Source of the DNA: Candidatus Nomurabacteria bacterium RIFCSPHIGHO2_12_FULL_42_19
GTDB lineage: Bacteria; Patescibacteriota; Minisyncoccia; Phycocordibacterales; UBA9973
Length of the DNA stretch: 64,000 nt
Direction of reading: 5' to 3'
Assembly: GCA_001786955.1 (NCBI GenBank)
Contig: MFUM01000001.1
Span: 410-64,409 of the forward strand
Both the position numbers and the translations under genes were made by a program. Position 1 is the first letter of the stretch; the number at the start of each line of letters is the position of its first letter. Of the stretch, positions 46,519 to 55,170 are shown one piece after another. The notes below the pieces were generated by a model. It was not told the DNA's origin. It did not search any database and was given only the letters and a program-made list of their open reading frames with translations.

Positions 46519-47442
46519 TTATTTATTCAAATATTTCCTTATCGCCAGAAAGCTGGAAATAATCCCTAGGATTATACCTGATAATAAAAGTATTGCAAAA
46601 ATTTGAAAGAAGCTTGAAAGATAATAATCATACATATTAATCCCGAGAAAATCGGTCATATTGCGCCCGAGCCAGGCCGTTGCTGGCCAAAAAATAGCCA
46701 AGGTGATTATCGTTGCGATAATGCCGTAAATCGCGCCTTCAATCAGAAAAGGCCCGCGTACATGCATCTTGGAAGCGCCAACGAGGCGCATCACACCAAT
46801 TTCTTCCTTAGAGATGAAAATAGTCAGCCGAATCGTGTTGAAGGTAATAATCATGGAAATTATTACCAAAATCAGCGTAACCAGAAAACCGAGCTTTTGC
46901 GCGCCAGATATTATGGTGTTCAATCGGTCTATGACTAATTTATTCTGATGATAATTCACTTTATCTATAATGGAAGCCGAACCCAGAACAAGCATATTGT
47001 CCGATTTCATGAAATTCGCAATATTTTCATACTGAGAAACTTCTTTGGCTTTGACATTAAGATATGCGCCGAGCGGGTTATCGCCTATTTCATCCAGAGC
47101 CTGAATCGTCGGATAATCATTGGAGTGGCGGTCGCGGAAAAGCTTCAGGGCTTCGTCCGCACTGGTGTAAGACACTTGCGCCACTTCGGGTAATTTTTCA
47201 AGAGAAGATTTTAAAAGCATAATCTTATCCTCCGGCGCATTAACAGTAAAATAAATCGTCACATCCACTTTGTCTTTGATTTGGTTGAGTGAAAAGTGCA
47301 AAACCGCCTGTAAAAAAATAATAAGAGTAATGACCGAAAGAGTAATCGTAACAACCAGAACCGCCGCCCAGGAAACAATCCCGCTTCTTTTAAAGTTTAG
47401 GAATCCGGCTTTTATAATTCTCTTTAATGCGATTATCGCCAT
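46519..47442 (-). CDS. ftsX: Cell division permease FtsX
   Basis: NTIRLTI...EEIGVMRLVGAS; adjacent to ftsE. Confidence 0.93.
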   Translation of the reverse strand: MAIIALKRIIKAGFLNFKRSGIVSWAAVLVVTITLSVITLIIFLQAVLHFSLNQIKDKVDVTIYFTVNAPEDKIMLLKSSLEKLPEVAQVSYTSADEALKLFRDRHSNDYPTIQALDEIGDNPLGAYLNVKAKEVSQYENIANFMKSDNMLVLGSASIIDKVNYHQNKLVIDRLNTIISGAQKLGFLVTLILVIISMIITFNTIRLTIFISKEEIGVMRLVGASKMHVRGPFLIEGAIYGIIATIITLAIFWPATAWLGRNMTDFLGINMYDYYLSSFFQIFAILLLSGIILGIISSFLAIRKYLNK

Positions 47443-47473
47443 AAATAATTTAGATTATACCATAAAAAACAAC

Positions 47474-48142
47474 CTACTTGCTATGCTTCGTGTCTCTAAT
47501 AATCTTCCCGTTTTCCATCGTAATTACCCTTTTATTGACAGACTCAATGACCCCGCGATTGTGCGTGGTTAAAATGACCGTCGTGCCCAGATCGTTTATT
47601 TTTTTTAAAATCTGGACTATTTCATGCGTGTTGACCGGATCCAGATTTCCCGTCGGCTCATCGGCGATAATCAGCTCGGGCTGGTTAATTATGGCCCGGG
47701 CTATCGCGAGACGCTGCTGCTCCCCGCCGGACATCTGGTTTGGAAAATGAAAAAGCCTGTGACTTAAATCAACCAGCTCCAATACATGCGGGACATCGCT
47801 CTGTATTTCTTCTTCGGTTTTTCCGACGGCTTCCATAGCAAAAGCGATGTTTTCGTATGCGGTTTTATTGGAAAGCAATTTAAAATCCTGAAACACCACG
47901 CCGATACGGCGGCGGAGCTTGGTCAAATCTTTATTTTTTAACTGATGCACGTTGATTGATTCAAAAAAGACCGTGCCGCCAGTTGGAGTTTCGTCCGCCA
48001 GAATCATTTTCGTGAGAGTGGTCTTGCCGGCGCCGGAATGCCCGACAACGGAAACGAATTCCCCGGATTCAACCGTAAAGGTTATATCATCAAGCGCAGT
48101 CGCATCCTTATAAACTTTTGAAACATTGTTGAAATAGATCAC
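47474..48142 (-). CDS. ftsE: Cell division ATP-binding protein FtsE
   Basis: [34 protein letters not shown]. Confidence 0.95.
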   Translation of the reverse strand: MIYFNNVSKVYKDATALDDITFTVESGEFVSVVGHSGAGKTTLTKMILADETPTGGTVFFESINVHQLKNKDLTKLRRRIGVVFQDFKLLSNKTAYENIAFAMEAVGKTEEEIQSDVPHVLELVDLSHRLFHFPNQMSGGEQQRLAIARAIINQPELIIADEPTGNLDPVNTHEIVQILKKINDLGTTVILTTHNRGVIESVNKRVITMENGKIIRDTKHSK

Positions 48143-48154
48143 TTTCTCATCTTA

Positions 48155-49042
48155 TCACAGATTTTTCTCCGCCTCAATGAAAAGATTCAAATCCCCGTCC
48201 AGGACGGAATCAACATTGGAAGTTTCGGCGCCGGTCCGGTGGTCTTTGACCATTTTATAGGGATGCAAAACATATGAACGGATCTGATTTCCCCATTCTA
48301 TTTCGGTATTTTTCGCCAATTTCATGCTTTCTTCCACGCTCTTTTTTTCAGTCTCGGCCCTTTTGAAAATTTTTGCGCGGAGAATTGCCAGAGCCAGCTG
48401 ACGGTTTTGTTCCTGGGAACGTTCGGTGGAAACATGAACGGAAATATTGGTTGGAATATGAACAATCCTGACGGAAGTTTCCCTCTTGTTCACGTTTTGC
48501 CCACCCGGTCCGCTGGAACGGGCAAATTCTATTTTCAAATCTTCCGGCAAAAGCACAATGTCTTTTTCCTCCAGTTTTGAAAATTTTGGCAGAACTTCCA
48601 CCAGAGAAAAAGAAGTGTGGCGCAATTTTTTCGCATTAAAAGGCGAAATCCGCACCAGTCGGTGTACTCCCGTTTCGTTTTTTAAATTTCCGTATGCGTT
48701 TTTGCCCAAAATTTCCATGGCAATGTGGCGGTAGCCGCCGTGGTCATTTTTATGCTCGCTGATAAAAGAAATTTCCCAGCCGTTTTTTTTTGCGTATTTT
48801 TCATACATTTGGAAAAGTATCGCCGAAAAATCTTCCGCATCGTCGCCCCCGGCGCCGGAAATTATCGTAAGAATAGCATTGCCTTTGTCATATTTATGGA
48901 CACCTACCTTCTTGCTTTTTAATTCAGCAAGCTCCCTTAAAATATTTTGCGCTTTATTTTTGTCGCTCCAAAAATCAGCCTCAAGCATTTGAGCTTCCAG
49001 TTTTTCTATTTTCTCCTGAATATTCACTAAATCTTTTTCCAT
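48155..49042 (-). CDS. prfB: Peptide chain release factor 2 (shortened N-terminal domain)
   Basis: SPF specificity motif, GGQ, WGNQIRSY. Confidence 0.9.
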   Translation of the reverse strand: MEKDLVNIQEKIEKLEAQMLEADFWSDKNKAQNILRELAELKSKKVGVHKYDKGNAILTIISGAGGDDAEDFSAILFQMYEKYAKKNGWEISFISEHKNDHGGYRHIAMEILGKNAYGNLKNETGVHRLVRISPFNAKKLRHTSFSLVEVLPKFSKLEEKDIVLLPEDLKIEFARSSGPGGQNVNKRETSVRIVHIPTNISVHVSTERSQEQNRQLALAILRAKIFKRAETEKKSVEESMKLAKNTEIEWGNQIRSYVLHPYKMVKDHRTGAETSNVDSVLDGDLNLFIEAEKNL

Positions 49043-49043
49043 G

Positions 49044-49116
49044 AGCCGATGGACAGGATTGAACTGTCGACCCCCGCTTTACGAAAGCGGTGCTCTACCA
49101 ACTGAGCTACATCGGC
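49044..49116 (-). tRNA. tRNA-Thr(CGT)
   Basis: GCCGATG/CATCGGC acceptor stem; CCGCT-TT-CGT-AA-AGCGG. Confidence 0.93.
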
Positions 49117-49191
49117 AAACCTTAGTTTAACTACCAAAACAGCTACATCGGCAAACCTTAGTTTAACTACCAAAACAGCTACATCGGCAAA
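49105..49191 (-). repeat. 36-bp tandem repeats containing the tRNA-Thr(CGT) 5' end
   Basis: agctacatcggcaaaccttagtttaactaccaaaac twice plus a partial copy. Confidence 0.93.
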
Positions 49192-49201
49192 TATTTTTGG
49201 G

Positions 49202-49304
49202 GACGTAAAGTAGCTTCTGAAATGGCTACGGAGGCCGACGGGCCGAGTCTTGAGCAAAAATTCAACAGAATTTTATGCGTACATTTCAGAAGCTACTTTA
49301 CGTC
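49202..49304. repeat. MITE-like element with 23-bp perfect terminal inverted repeats
   Basis: gacgtaaagtagcttctgaaatg (49202-49224) / catttcagaagctactttacgtc (49282-49304). Confidence 0.8.
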
Positions 49305-49309
49305 AACCC

Positions 49310-49385
49310 TGGAGCCGTTAATCAGATTTGCACTGATGACCTCGTTCTTACCAAGAACGTGCTCTACTACCTGAGCTATAACGGC
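49310..49385 (-). tRNA. tRNA-Thr(GGT)
   Basis: GCCGTTA/TAACGGC acceptor stem; CGTTC-TT-GGT-AA-GAACG; encoded CCA; atypical T-loop TGCAAAT. Confidence 0.9.
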
Positions 49386-49465
49386 AAAATGACTTTTCGA
49401 CCTACTAAAACAGCTATAACGGCAAAATGACTTTTCGACCTACTAAAACAGCTATAACGGCAAAA
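49374..49465 (-). repeat. 38-bp tandem repeats containing the tRNA-Thr(GGT) 5' end
   Basis: agctataacggcaaaatgacttttcgacctactaaaac twice plus a partial copy. Confidence 0.93.
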
Positions 49466-49469
49466 CTTG

Positions 49470-49543
49470 CGCGACCGACCGGATTTGAACCGGCAACCTC
49501 CCGCGTGACAGGCGGGTGCTCTAACCAGTTGAGCTACGATCGC
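49470..49543 (-). tRNA. tRNA-Asp(GTC)
   Basis: CCCGC-CT-GTC-AC-GCGGG anticodon arm; GGTTCAAATCC T-arm. Confidence 0.93.
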
Positions 49544-49598
49544 AATTTACCTCTTAAACATTAATTAACACCTTTGATTTTCAAATGTAGGTTTTAGA

Positions 49599-49626
49599 CT
49601 AGCCAAAACAGCTACGATTGCAATTT
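49599..49626 (-). repeat. Single upstream copy of the tRNA-Asp 5' end
   Basis: GCAATCGTAGCTGTTTTGGCTAG against tRNA GCGATCGTAGCTCAACTGGTTAG. Confidence 0.8.
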
Positions 49627-49653
49627 TAAAGAACTTTTCCTCTTTTGGGAGGG

Positions 49654-49726
49654 TGTCGGCGACAGGGATCGAACCTGTGACCTGAGGCTTATGAGTCCTC
49701 CGCTCTACCGACTGAGCTACGCCGAC
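49654..49726 (-). tRNA. tRNA with CAT anticodon (elongator Met or Ile2)
   Basis: GTCGGCG/CGCCGAC acceptor stem; CT-CAT-AA loop; GGTTCGATCC. Confidence 0.88.
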
Positions 49727-49891
49727 ATTTTATTCATTTTTAACCAACTTGCCGATACCTGCCAAAACAACTACGCCGACATTTTATTCATTTTTAACCA
49801 ACTTGCCGATACCTGCCAAAACAGCTACGTCGATATTTTATTCATTTTTATAACTGATTTGCCGATACCTACCAAAACAACTACGCCGACA
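49715..49891 (-). repeat. 54-56-bp tandem repeats containing the CAT-tRNA 5' end
   Basis: Units start at 49715, 49769, 49823 and 49879, with slight divergence. Confidence 0.92.
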
Positions 49892-49946
49892 AATTATAAT
49901 ACTATACTCGACAATTAGACATAGTGGCATGTCACTTGCCGAATTG

Positions 49947-50017
49947 TTGCGGGGTCTGGAATCGAACCAGAGTCTCAAGGTTATGAGCCTTGCGAGATGC
50001 CTCTTCTCTACCCCGCT
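49947..50017 (-). tRNA. Initiator tRNA-fMet(CAT)
   Basis: A1:A72 mismatch; GCGGGG/CCCCGC stem; TAGAG D-arm start; CAAGG-CT-CAT-AA-CCTTG. Confidence 0.85.
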
Positions 50018-50096
50018 ACATTAAAAAATGCCCAAAATAAAACTTAAAGGGCACTCTTTCATTTTACCTTAAATCCTCAAAAAAGCAAACAAGGGC

Positions 50097-50732
50097 TTAA
50101 ATATAGCCATACCCGTGAAAAATTTTCTCATATAAAGCAATCACCCGTTTGGCCTCGTGGTGTGAAAGCTCAAAAGACAAGCCCTCGTGGGCTATCCTAT
50201 TCCTGATGGTATGGACTTCCCAGGCGGTAGTGAGAAGCGGAAAATTATCTTGATTGGCTGATTTTAACTTATCACCCAGGTTTTCACCTTTAAATCCAAG
50301 CTGGCCCATCAAATCCTCGAGTATGGAGTCCGCCTCAATAATCGCCAGCTTCCAATCGCTGGAATGCTGGGAGAAGAGATAGGTAAGGGTCTTACTCCAG
50401 CGCTCATTTTTGGACCCTCCGATTTCTTCGCGCAAATGTTTTTCATATTCAGCTTTATTGTGCGCATATTTCTCTATCTCGTGTTGTAAATGTTTTTTTT
50501 CTTTGGCCCGGATTTCAAACAAACGGATAGCTGTATAGCAAATTATTGTCAGAAAAAATATAGCCAAGAAAAAAAGAACAGCTTTTCCAAGGTTAATTCC
50601 CTGCCCACTAAAAGCCAAAGCAAAAAACTTCTTGATATATACGGCGCTTTGGCTGAATAAATAATCCGCATCAAAATACCTGGAACCAAGAAACGAATCG
50701 TCGAGAAGACTGTTTTGACTTGCTGTTTCCAT
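50097..50732 (-). CDS. Conserved hypothetical membrane protein
   Basis: TM helix; WKLAIIEAD...GENLGDKLK...AWEVHTIRNRIAHE. Confidence 0.75.
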   Translation of the reverse strand: METASQNSLLDDSFLGSRYFDADYLFSQSAVYIKKFFALAFSGQGINLGKAVLFFLAIFFLTIICYTAIRLFEIRAKEKKHLQHEIEKYAHNKAEYEKHLREEIGGSKNERWSKTLTYLFSQHSSDWKLAIIEADSILEDLMGQLGFKGENLGDKLKSANQDNFPLLTTAWEVHTIRNRIAHEGLSFELSHHEAKRVIALYEKIFHGYGYI

Positions 50733-50740
50733 ATATAAAA

Positions 50741-52156
50741 TTATACCATATCTCTTATTTCCTCAAATTTCTTGCCGATTTCAAAAACAGCTTCATCAGA
50801 AAAAATAGGTCCATTAAACTGAAATCCAAACGGCAATCCTTTAATGGAAAAACCTGATGGTACAGATATGGCAGGCAAACCTGCAATATTCGCCGGAGTC
50901 GTAAAAATGTCACACAAATACATATCAAGTGGACTTTTCTTGTCTCCAAATTTAAATGCTGGTGTAGGAGCTGTGGGTATAACGACAAAATCAACATCTT
51001 TAAAGACTGAAGCAAATTCTTTTTCAATTACATGTCTCAATTTCCAAGCCTTATTGTAATAGGCATCATAATATCCATGAGAAAGTACATACGCTCCCAA
51101 AATCATGCGTCTTCTAGTTTCTGGACCAAAACCTGCAGATCTGCTTTTTTTAAATGTATCAAACATATCTATTCCATCCTTTCGCAGTCCATATCTCATA
51201 CCATCTAAACGGGCTAAATTTGTAGACACTTCTGCGGGCATAATAATATAATAAACAGGCAAAGAATATTCCAAGGATGGCATCTTGATATCTTTCACTG
51301 CGTAGCCTATCTTTTTAAGCTTTTCCAAACTTTCTTCAAAATTCTTCAATACTTCAGGGTCGACTCCTTCTTTTAGGAAATCACGAGGAACTCCGATAGC
51401 TTTTTTATTTGGAGATACTTTAAAATCAAGAAAATTTACAGAAGTAGAGTCCATTTCGTCTTTTCCTGAAATGCAATCAAAAATTATTTTTGCATCTTTA
51501 GAAGTTTTGGCAATTGGGCCTACTTGATCCAGACTAGAAGCCATAGCGGTGATACCAAAACGCGACACTACGCCGTATGTAGGTTTCATTCCAACAACGC
51601 CACACAACGATGCCGGCTGGCGAATTGAGCTTCCTGTGTCACTACCAAGCGCACCCAGGGCCATATCGGCTGCCACTGCTGCAGCGCTCCCCCCCGAAGA
51701 TCCTCCAGGAACACGAGTAGGATCAATAGGGTTTTTAACTGGTCCGTAAACAGAATTTTCAGTCGAAGATCCCATGGCAAATTCGTCCATATTGGTCCGA
51801 CCTATCAAGACTGCTCCAACCTCCTTTAATTTTTTAATAACAAAAGCATCATAAGAAGCTGTATAATTTTCTAACATTTTAGACGCCGAACTGGTTTTCC
51901 TTCCTGTTATTAGCATATTGTCTTTAATTGCAATCGGTATGCCAGTAAGTTTGGTTCCTTTGCCACTTTTAATTATCTCATCAGCTTTTTTGGCTTGCTC
52001 CAATGCATCGTCAAAAATTTCTAAAAATATATTCAATTCTTTATTTTTTTCTTGAATATTTTTTAAACAAGCAGAAACAAGTTCAACTGATGTAAGTTTC
52101 TTTTTTTGCATCATCTCATGCGCTTTTTCTATTGTCAGATTTTTTAAATCAATCAT
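50741..52156 (-). CDS. gatA: Asp/Glu-tRNA amidotransferase subunit A
   Basis: IAIKDN, DEFAMGSSTENS, PGGSSGGS, GSDTGSSIRQP amidase signature. Confidence 0.96.
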   Translation of the reverse strand: MIDLKNLTIEKAHEMMQKKKLTSVELVSACLKNIQEKNKELNIFLEIFDDALEQAKKADEIIKSGKGTKLTGIPIAIKDNMLITGRKTSSASKMLENYTASYDAFVIKKLKEVGAVLIGRTNMDEFAMGSSTENSVYGPVKNPIDPTRVPGGSSGGSAAAVAADMALGALGSDTGSSIRQPASLCGVVGMKPTYGVVSRFGITAMASSLDQVGPIAKTSKDAKIIFDCISGKDEMDSTSVNFLDFKVSPNKKAIGVPRDFLKEGVDPEVLKNFEESLEKLKKIGYAVKDIKMPSLEYSLPVYYIIMPAEVSTNLARLDGMRYGLRKDGIDMFDTFKKSRSAGFGPETRRRMILGAYVLSHGYYDAYYNKAWKLRHVIEKEFASVFKDVDFVVIPTAPTPAFKFGDKKSPLDMYLCDIFTTPANIAGLPAISVPSGFSIKGLPFGFQFNGPIFSDEAVFEIGKKFEEIRDMV

Positions 52157-52159
52157 AAG

Positions 52160-52432
52160 TTACAATATCTTCTTAACTTTCAAATAGCCGTCCTGAGAGT
52201 CCGGAAACTGATTAATTATTAGATTTCGTGAAAATAATGGGTGCTTTAATTCGTCTTCTCTCCACACATTGTGAATAGTATAAACAGTTTCTGTGTCTAG
52301 CGCATTAACTGACTCTATCACTTTTACATAATCCAAAATCTCCTTAACGTCACTAAGAAGTTTGTTTTTTTCTTCTTCCGTTAAGTCTAATTTAGCCAGT
52401 TCTGCCAAATTTTCTACATCCTTTATGTCCAT
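52160..52432 (-). CDS. gatC: Asp/Glu-tRNA amidotransferase subunit C
   Basis: DVENLAELAKL..., NVWRED, YLKVKKIL; upstream of gatA. Confidence 0.93.
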   Translation of the reverse strand: MDIKDVENLAELAKLDLTEEEKNKLLSDVKEILDYVKVIESVNALDTETVYTIHNVWREDELKHPLFSRNLIINQFPDSQDGYLKVKKIL

Positions 52433-52514
52433 CCCGTTAGAAGTTAAAATAATAATACACGAATCCTGTTAGCTTGACGGAAACCTTGGGTTTCCTACTT
52501 CTAACGGGATCCAT
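52428..52514. mobile_element. Miniature inverted-repeat element (CCCGTTAGAA...TTCTAACGGG) at the gatC start
   Basis: 14-bp IR at 52431-52444 / 52497-52510; TCCAT duplicated at 52428-52432 and 52510-52514. Confidence 0.65.
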
Positions 52515-52535
52515 ATTTAAGAGTATAACCCAATA

Positions 52536-53459
52536 TTACCCGCCAATCAAAGCCTTAATTCTTTCTTCCACCGGCGGATGAGTTGCAAAAAATCCGGAGA
52601 TTTTTCCCGCCTTTGGCGGGACCTCGCCAACGGCGATGGTTTGCCTCAATCTCACACCTTTGGGGTCGGCAATATAAAGATGCGCGATGGCGCCGGATTG
52701 GCGGACCATCGGTTTCTGACATTTAGAAATTTTGGCAAGCGCGCCGGCAAGTCCTTCCGGATAACGGGTCAAAAGCGCCCCGGAGACATCCGCCAAAAAC
52801 TCGCGTTTTCTGGAAATAGCCAATTGAATCAATATTGCTATAATCGGCGCCAAAATTGAAAGAATTATTCCAACCAGCATCATTATTCCTTGCATTTTAT
52901 TGTCGTTATCCCTGCTTCTGCTGAAAAATAAATTACGCCTAAAAATATCCGCGAGAATAGAAATAAACCCGACAAGCACAACCACTACCGTAGACAAAAG
53001 CATGTCTCTGTTTCCTATATGGGACAATTCATGGGCAATCACGCCTTCAAGCTCTGTTTTATCCAGAATACCAAGCAAGCCGGTCGTCACAGCTACTACC
53101 GCGTGTTCTTTGTCTCGCCCGGTCGCAAAAGCGTTCGGAGCCGAATCATTGATTATATAAATTCTCGGCATCGGCAAGCCTGCGGTGATAGAAAGATTTT
53201 CCACGCTTGTATATAAATTAAAATTTTCTTCTCTGTTTGCGGGTTTTGCTCCAGCTAAAGAAAGCACGATTTTATCCGAAAACCAATAGGAAAAAATATT
53301 CATCAGAATACTAAAGATGACAAAAAAATAGAGTATGTTCGGATTGCCGTAATAAAAACTAAAAAACCAGCCAAAACCGATAACCACAATAAAAAAGATT
53401 GACATAAGCAGCCAAGTCTTTGTGACATTTTTTGATTGCTCGGTATAAAGTGTCGCCAT
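52536..53459 (-). CDS. htpX: HtpX-like M48 zinc metalloprotease
   Basis: PNAFATG, AHELSH, SRKREFLAD, THPP..ERI. Confidence 0.93.
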   Translation of the reverse strand: MATLYTEQSKNVTKTWLLMSIFFIVVIGFGWFFSFYYGNPNILYFFVIFSILMNIFSYWFSDKIVLSLAGAKPANREENFNLYTSVENLSITAGLPMPRIYIINDSAPNAFATGRDKEHAVVAVTTGLLGILDKTELEGVIAHELSHIGNRDMLLSTVVVVLVGFISILADIFRRNLFFSRSRDNDNKMQGIMMLVGIILSILAPIIAILIQLAISRKREFLADVSGALLTRYPEGLAGALAKISKCQKPMVRQSGAIAHLYIADPKGVRLRQTIAVGEVPPKAGKISGFFATHPPVEERIKALIGG

Positions 53460-53466
53460 TAATTTC

Positions 53467-54537
53467 CTATCTTTTAGCTTTGTAGCTTGCTATTACCGAT
53501 TGGATATACTCCCCGCTGCAACCAAGAGCCTGGATTTTCGCCATATCAAGATTATTTTCTGCAAATAAGCCGAGAGTCCCGTAAAAATACACATCACTCG
53601 CGTATTCGCTAAAATCAGCCTTGTTGGGAGCATTAAACTTCGGGGTTGCGGGCTTGGTATTGTCTATGGCTTTAACTACATCAATAGGGCATAAAATATA
53701 TTGTCCGGCCAGTTGCTTGCCGGTAATATCGATTAACGCGCTGTCCGCCGGATAAGACAGTCTGAAATTGCAGGAATCCTGCGATTTGGTAATTTCAAAA
53801 ATGGTGGGAAAAAAATTATCCTGAAGAACTCCCTTGGCGTTTTTGCAATTAATGGCATTTGCGCCCAAACAGGCAAGCACTGAGTCGTTCTCGTAAGTGG
53901 AAGGATTACCTAATTTTGGAGCTGTGCCAACTCCGCAATTTATAGTTTCTATTACCGGCGGTGTCACTGCTATGGGAAATGTTGGCGCTGCTGTCTCAGT
54001 ATCCGAGGTAGTATTTAGAGGTAAATCCGAAGAAGGAGAAGATATTTTTGAAAATAAAGAGGTCCATAAATTTATTATGGATGAACGGTAAAACCAAAAA
54101 CCAAAGCCGAGTCCTGCAATAATAATAAAAATAGCCAAAAACTTTAATAACGAAGATGTCCGGTGCGAAGAAGGTGCAGGCTCGGAAAATGAGCTCTTTC
54201 TTAATAATGAAGATGAAGGCGAATAGGAAGGTGAAAATGAACGTATGGGCGAAGGAGAAGAAGAGACTGATGGCGATGATGATGGTAAGAATGAAGACAA
54301 AGACGGAGAAGGCGACAAGGAAGATACCGGTTCAACCGGTTTTCCTTCTCCTTGTCGCTCGTAAGCGACAGGGTTTGGCAAAACCATGCCCTGCATAGGA
54401 ATTATTTCCCTAAATGCTTCACTTAAATCATCTTCGCTCCATCCGCCGCCGGAGAGCAGAACTCCGCGGATTTCTTCCCGAGTTTTACCTTTGGCAGTCT
54501 CCCCGCGTATATATCCTAAAAGTTCTTGTGTAATCAT
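53467..54537 (-). CDS. Hypothetical membrane protein with Ser/Pro-rich linker
   Basis: Low-complexity S/P tract, one TM helix, Cys-containing C-terminal domain. Confidence 0.7.
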   Translation of the reverse strand: MITQELLGYIRGETAKGKTREEIRGVLLSGGGWSEDDLSEAFREIIPMQGMVLPNPVAYERQGEGKPVEPVSSLSPSPSLSSFLPSSSPSVSSSPSPIRSFSPSYSPSSSLLRKSSFSEPAPSSHRTSSLLKFLAIFIIIAGLGFGFWFYRSSIINLWTSLFSKISSPSSDLPLNTTSDTETAAPTFPIAVTPPVIETINCGVGTAPKLGNPSTYENDSVLACLGANAINCKNAKGVLQDNFFPTIFEITKSQDSCNFRLSYPADSALIDITGKQLAGQYILCPIDVVKAIDNTKPATPKFNAPNKADFSEYASDVYFYGTLGLFAENNLDMAKIQALGCSGEYIQSVIASYKAKR

Positions 54538-54566
54538 AAATCTAAAACCCAAATCAAAAAATAAAG

Positions 54567-55118
54567 CTAAAACTTTACTGTTACGGGATTCTGCGCGGCG
54601 TCATTGTCTCCCAGATCAAAGAATTCTTTTTTAGAAAACCCGAAGGTCCCTGCAACTAAATTTGACGGAAATTTTTCAATGGAGGTGTTCAAGTCGCGGA
54701 CGTTGGCATTATAAAATCTGCGCGCAGCTTGAATCTTATTTTCGGTGTCCGAAAGTTCATTTTGCAGAGCCAAAAAATTCTGATTGGCTTTCAAGTCCGG
54801 ATATGCTTCGGCTATCGCAAAAACAGATTTCAAGGCACTCGTCAGCATATTTTCGGCTGCACCTTTGTCCGCTAAATTATTTCCCACTCCCATGGCAGCC
54901 GAACGCGCTTTGGTAACATTTTCAAAAGCCGAACTCTCGTGAGTGGCATAACCTTTTACCGTGTTTACTAGATTCGGTATCAAGTCATATCGGCGTTTCA
55001 ACTGGACTTCAATATCCGCCCAAGCCTCTCCTGCGCGGTTACGACGTACAACAAGACTATTGAAAACAAAAATTGCCCATAAAATTATAACTCCTAAAAT
55101 TATCAAAATATACATCAT
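54567..55118 (-). CDS. lemA: LemA family protein
   Basis: IEVQLKRRYDLIPNLV; EAYPDLKANQNF; ARRFYN. Confidence 0.95.
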   Translation of the reverse strand: MMYILIILGVIILWAIFVFNSLVVRRNRAGEAWADIEVQLKRRYDLIPNLVNTVKGYATHESSAFENVTKARSAAMGVGNNLADKGAAENMLTSALKSVFAIAEAYPDLKANQNFLALQNELSDTENKIQAARRFYNANVRDLNTSIEKFPSNLVAGTFGFSKKEFFDLGDNDAAQNPVTVKF

Positions 55119-55170
55119 CTTTGTATTATACCAATAAGCAAAGATTGTAAGCAAGTGTATAGGGGGATTT

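Noticed and set aside
49027-49257. 76-aa ORF with FADVAVLVVKLR repeats (and the ORF at 49691-49918)
   Set aside because: Translations of tRNA genes and their tandem repeats.
49105-49891. CRISPR array
   Set aside because: Spacers are identical or near-identical within each array, repeats derive from the adjacent tRNA, and no cas genes are in the window.
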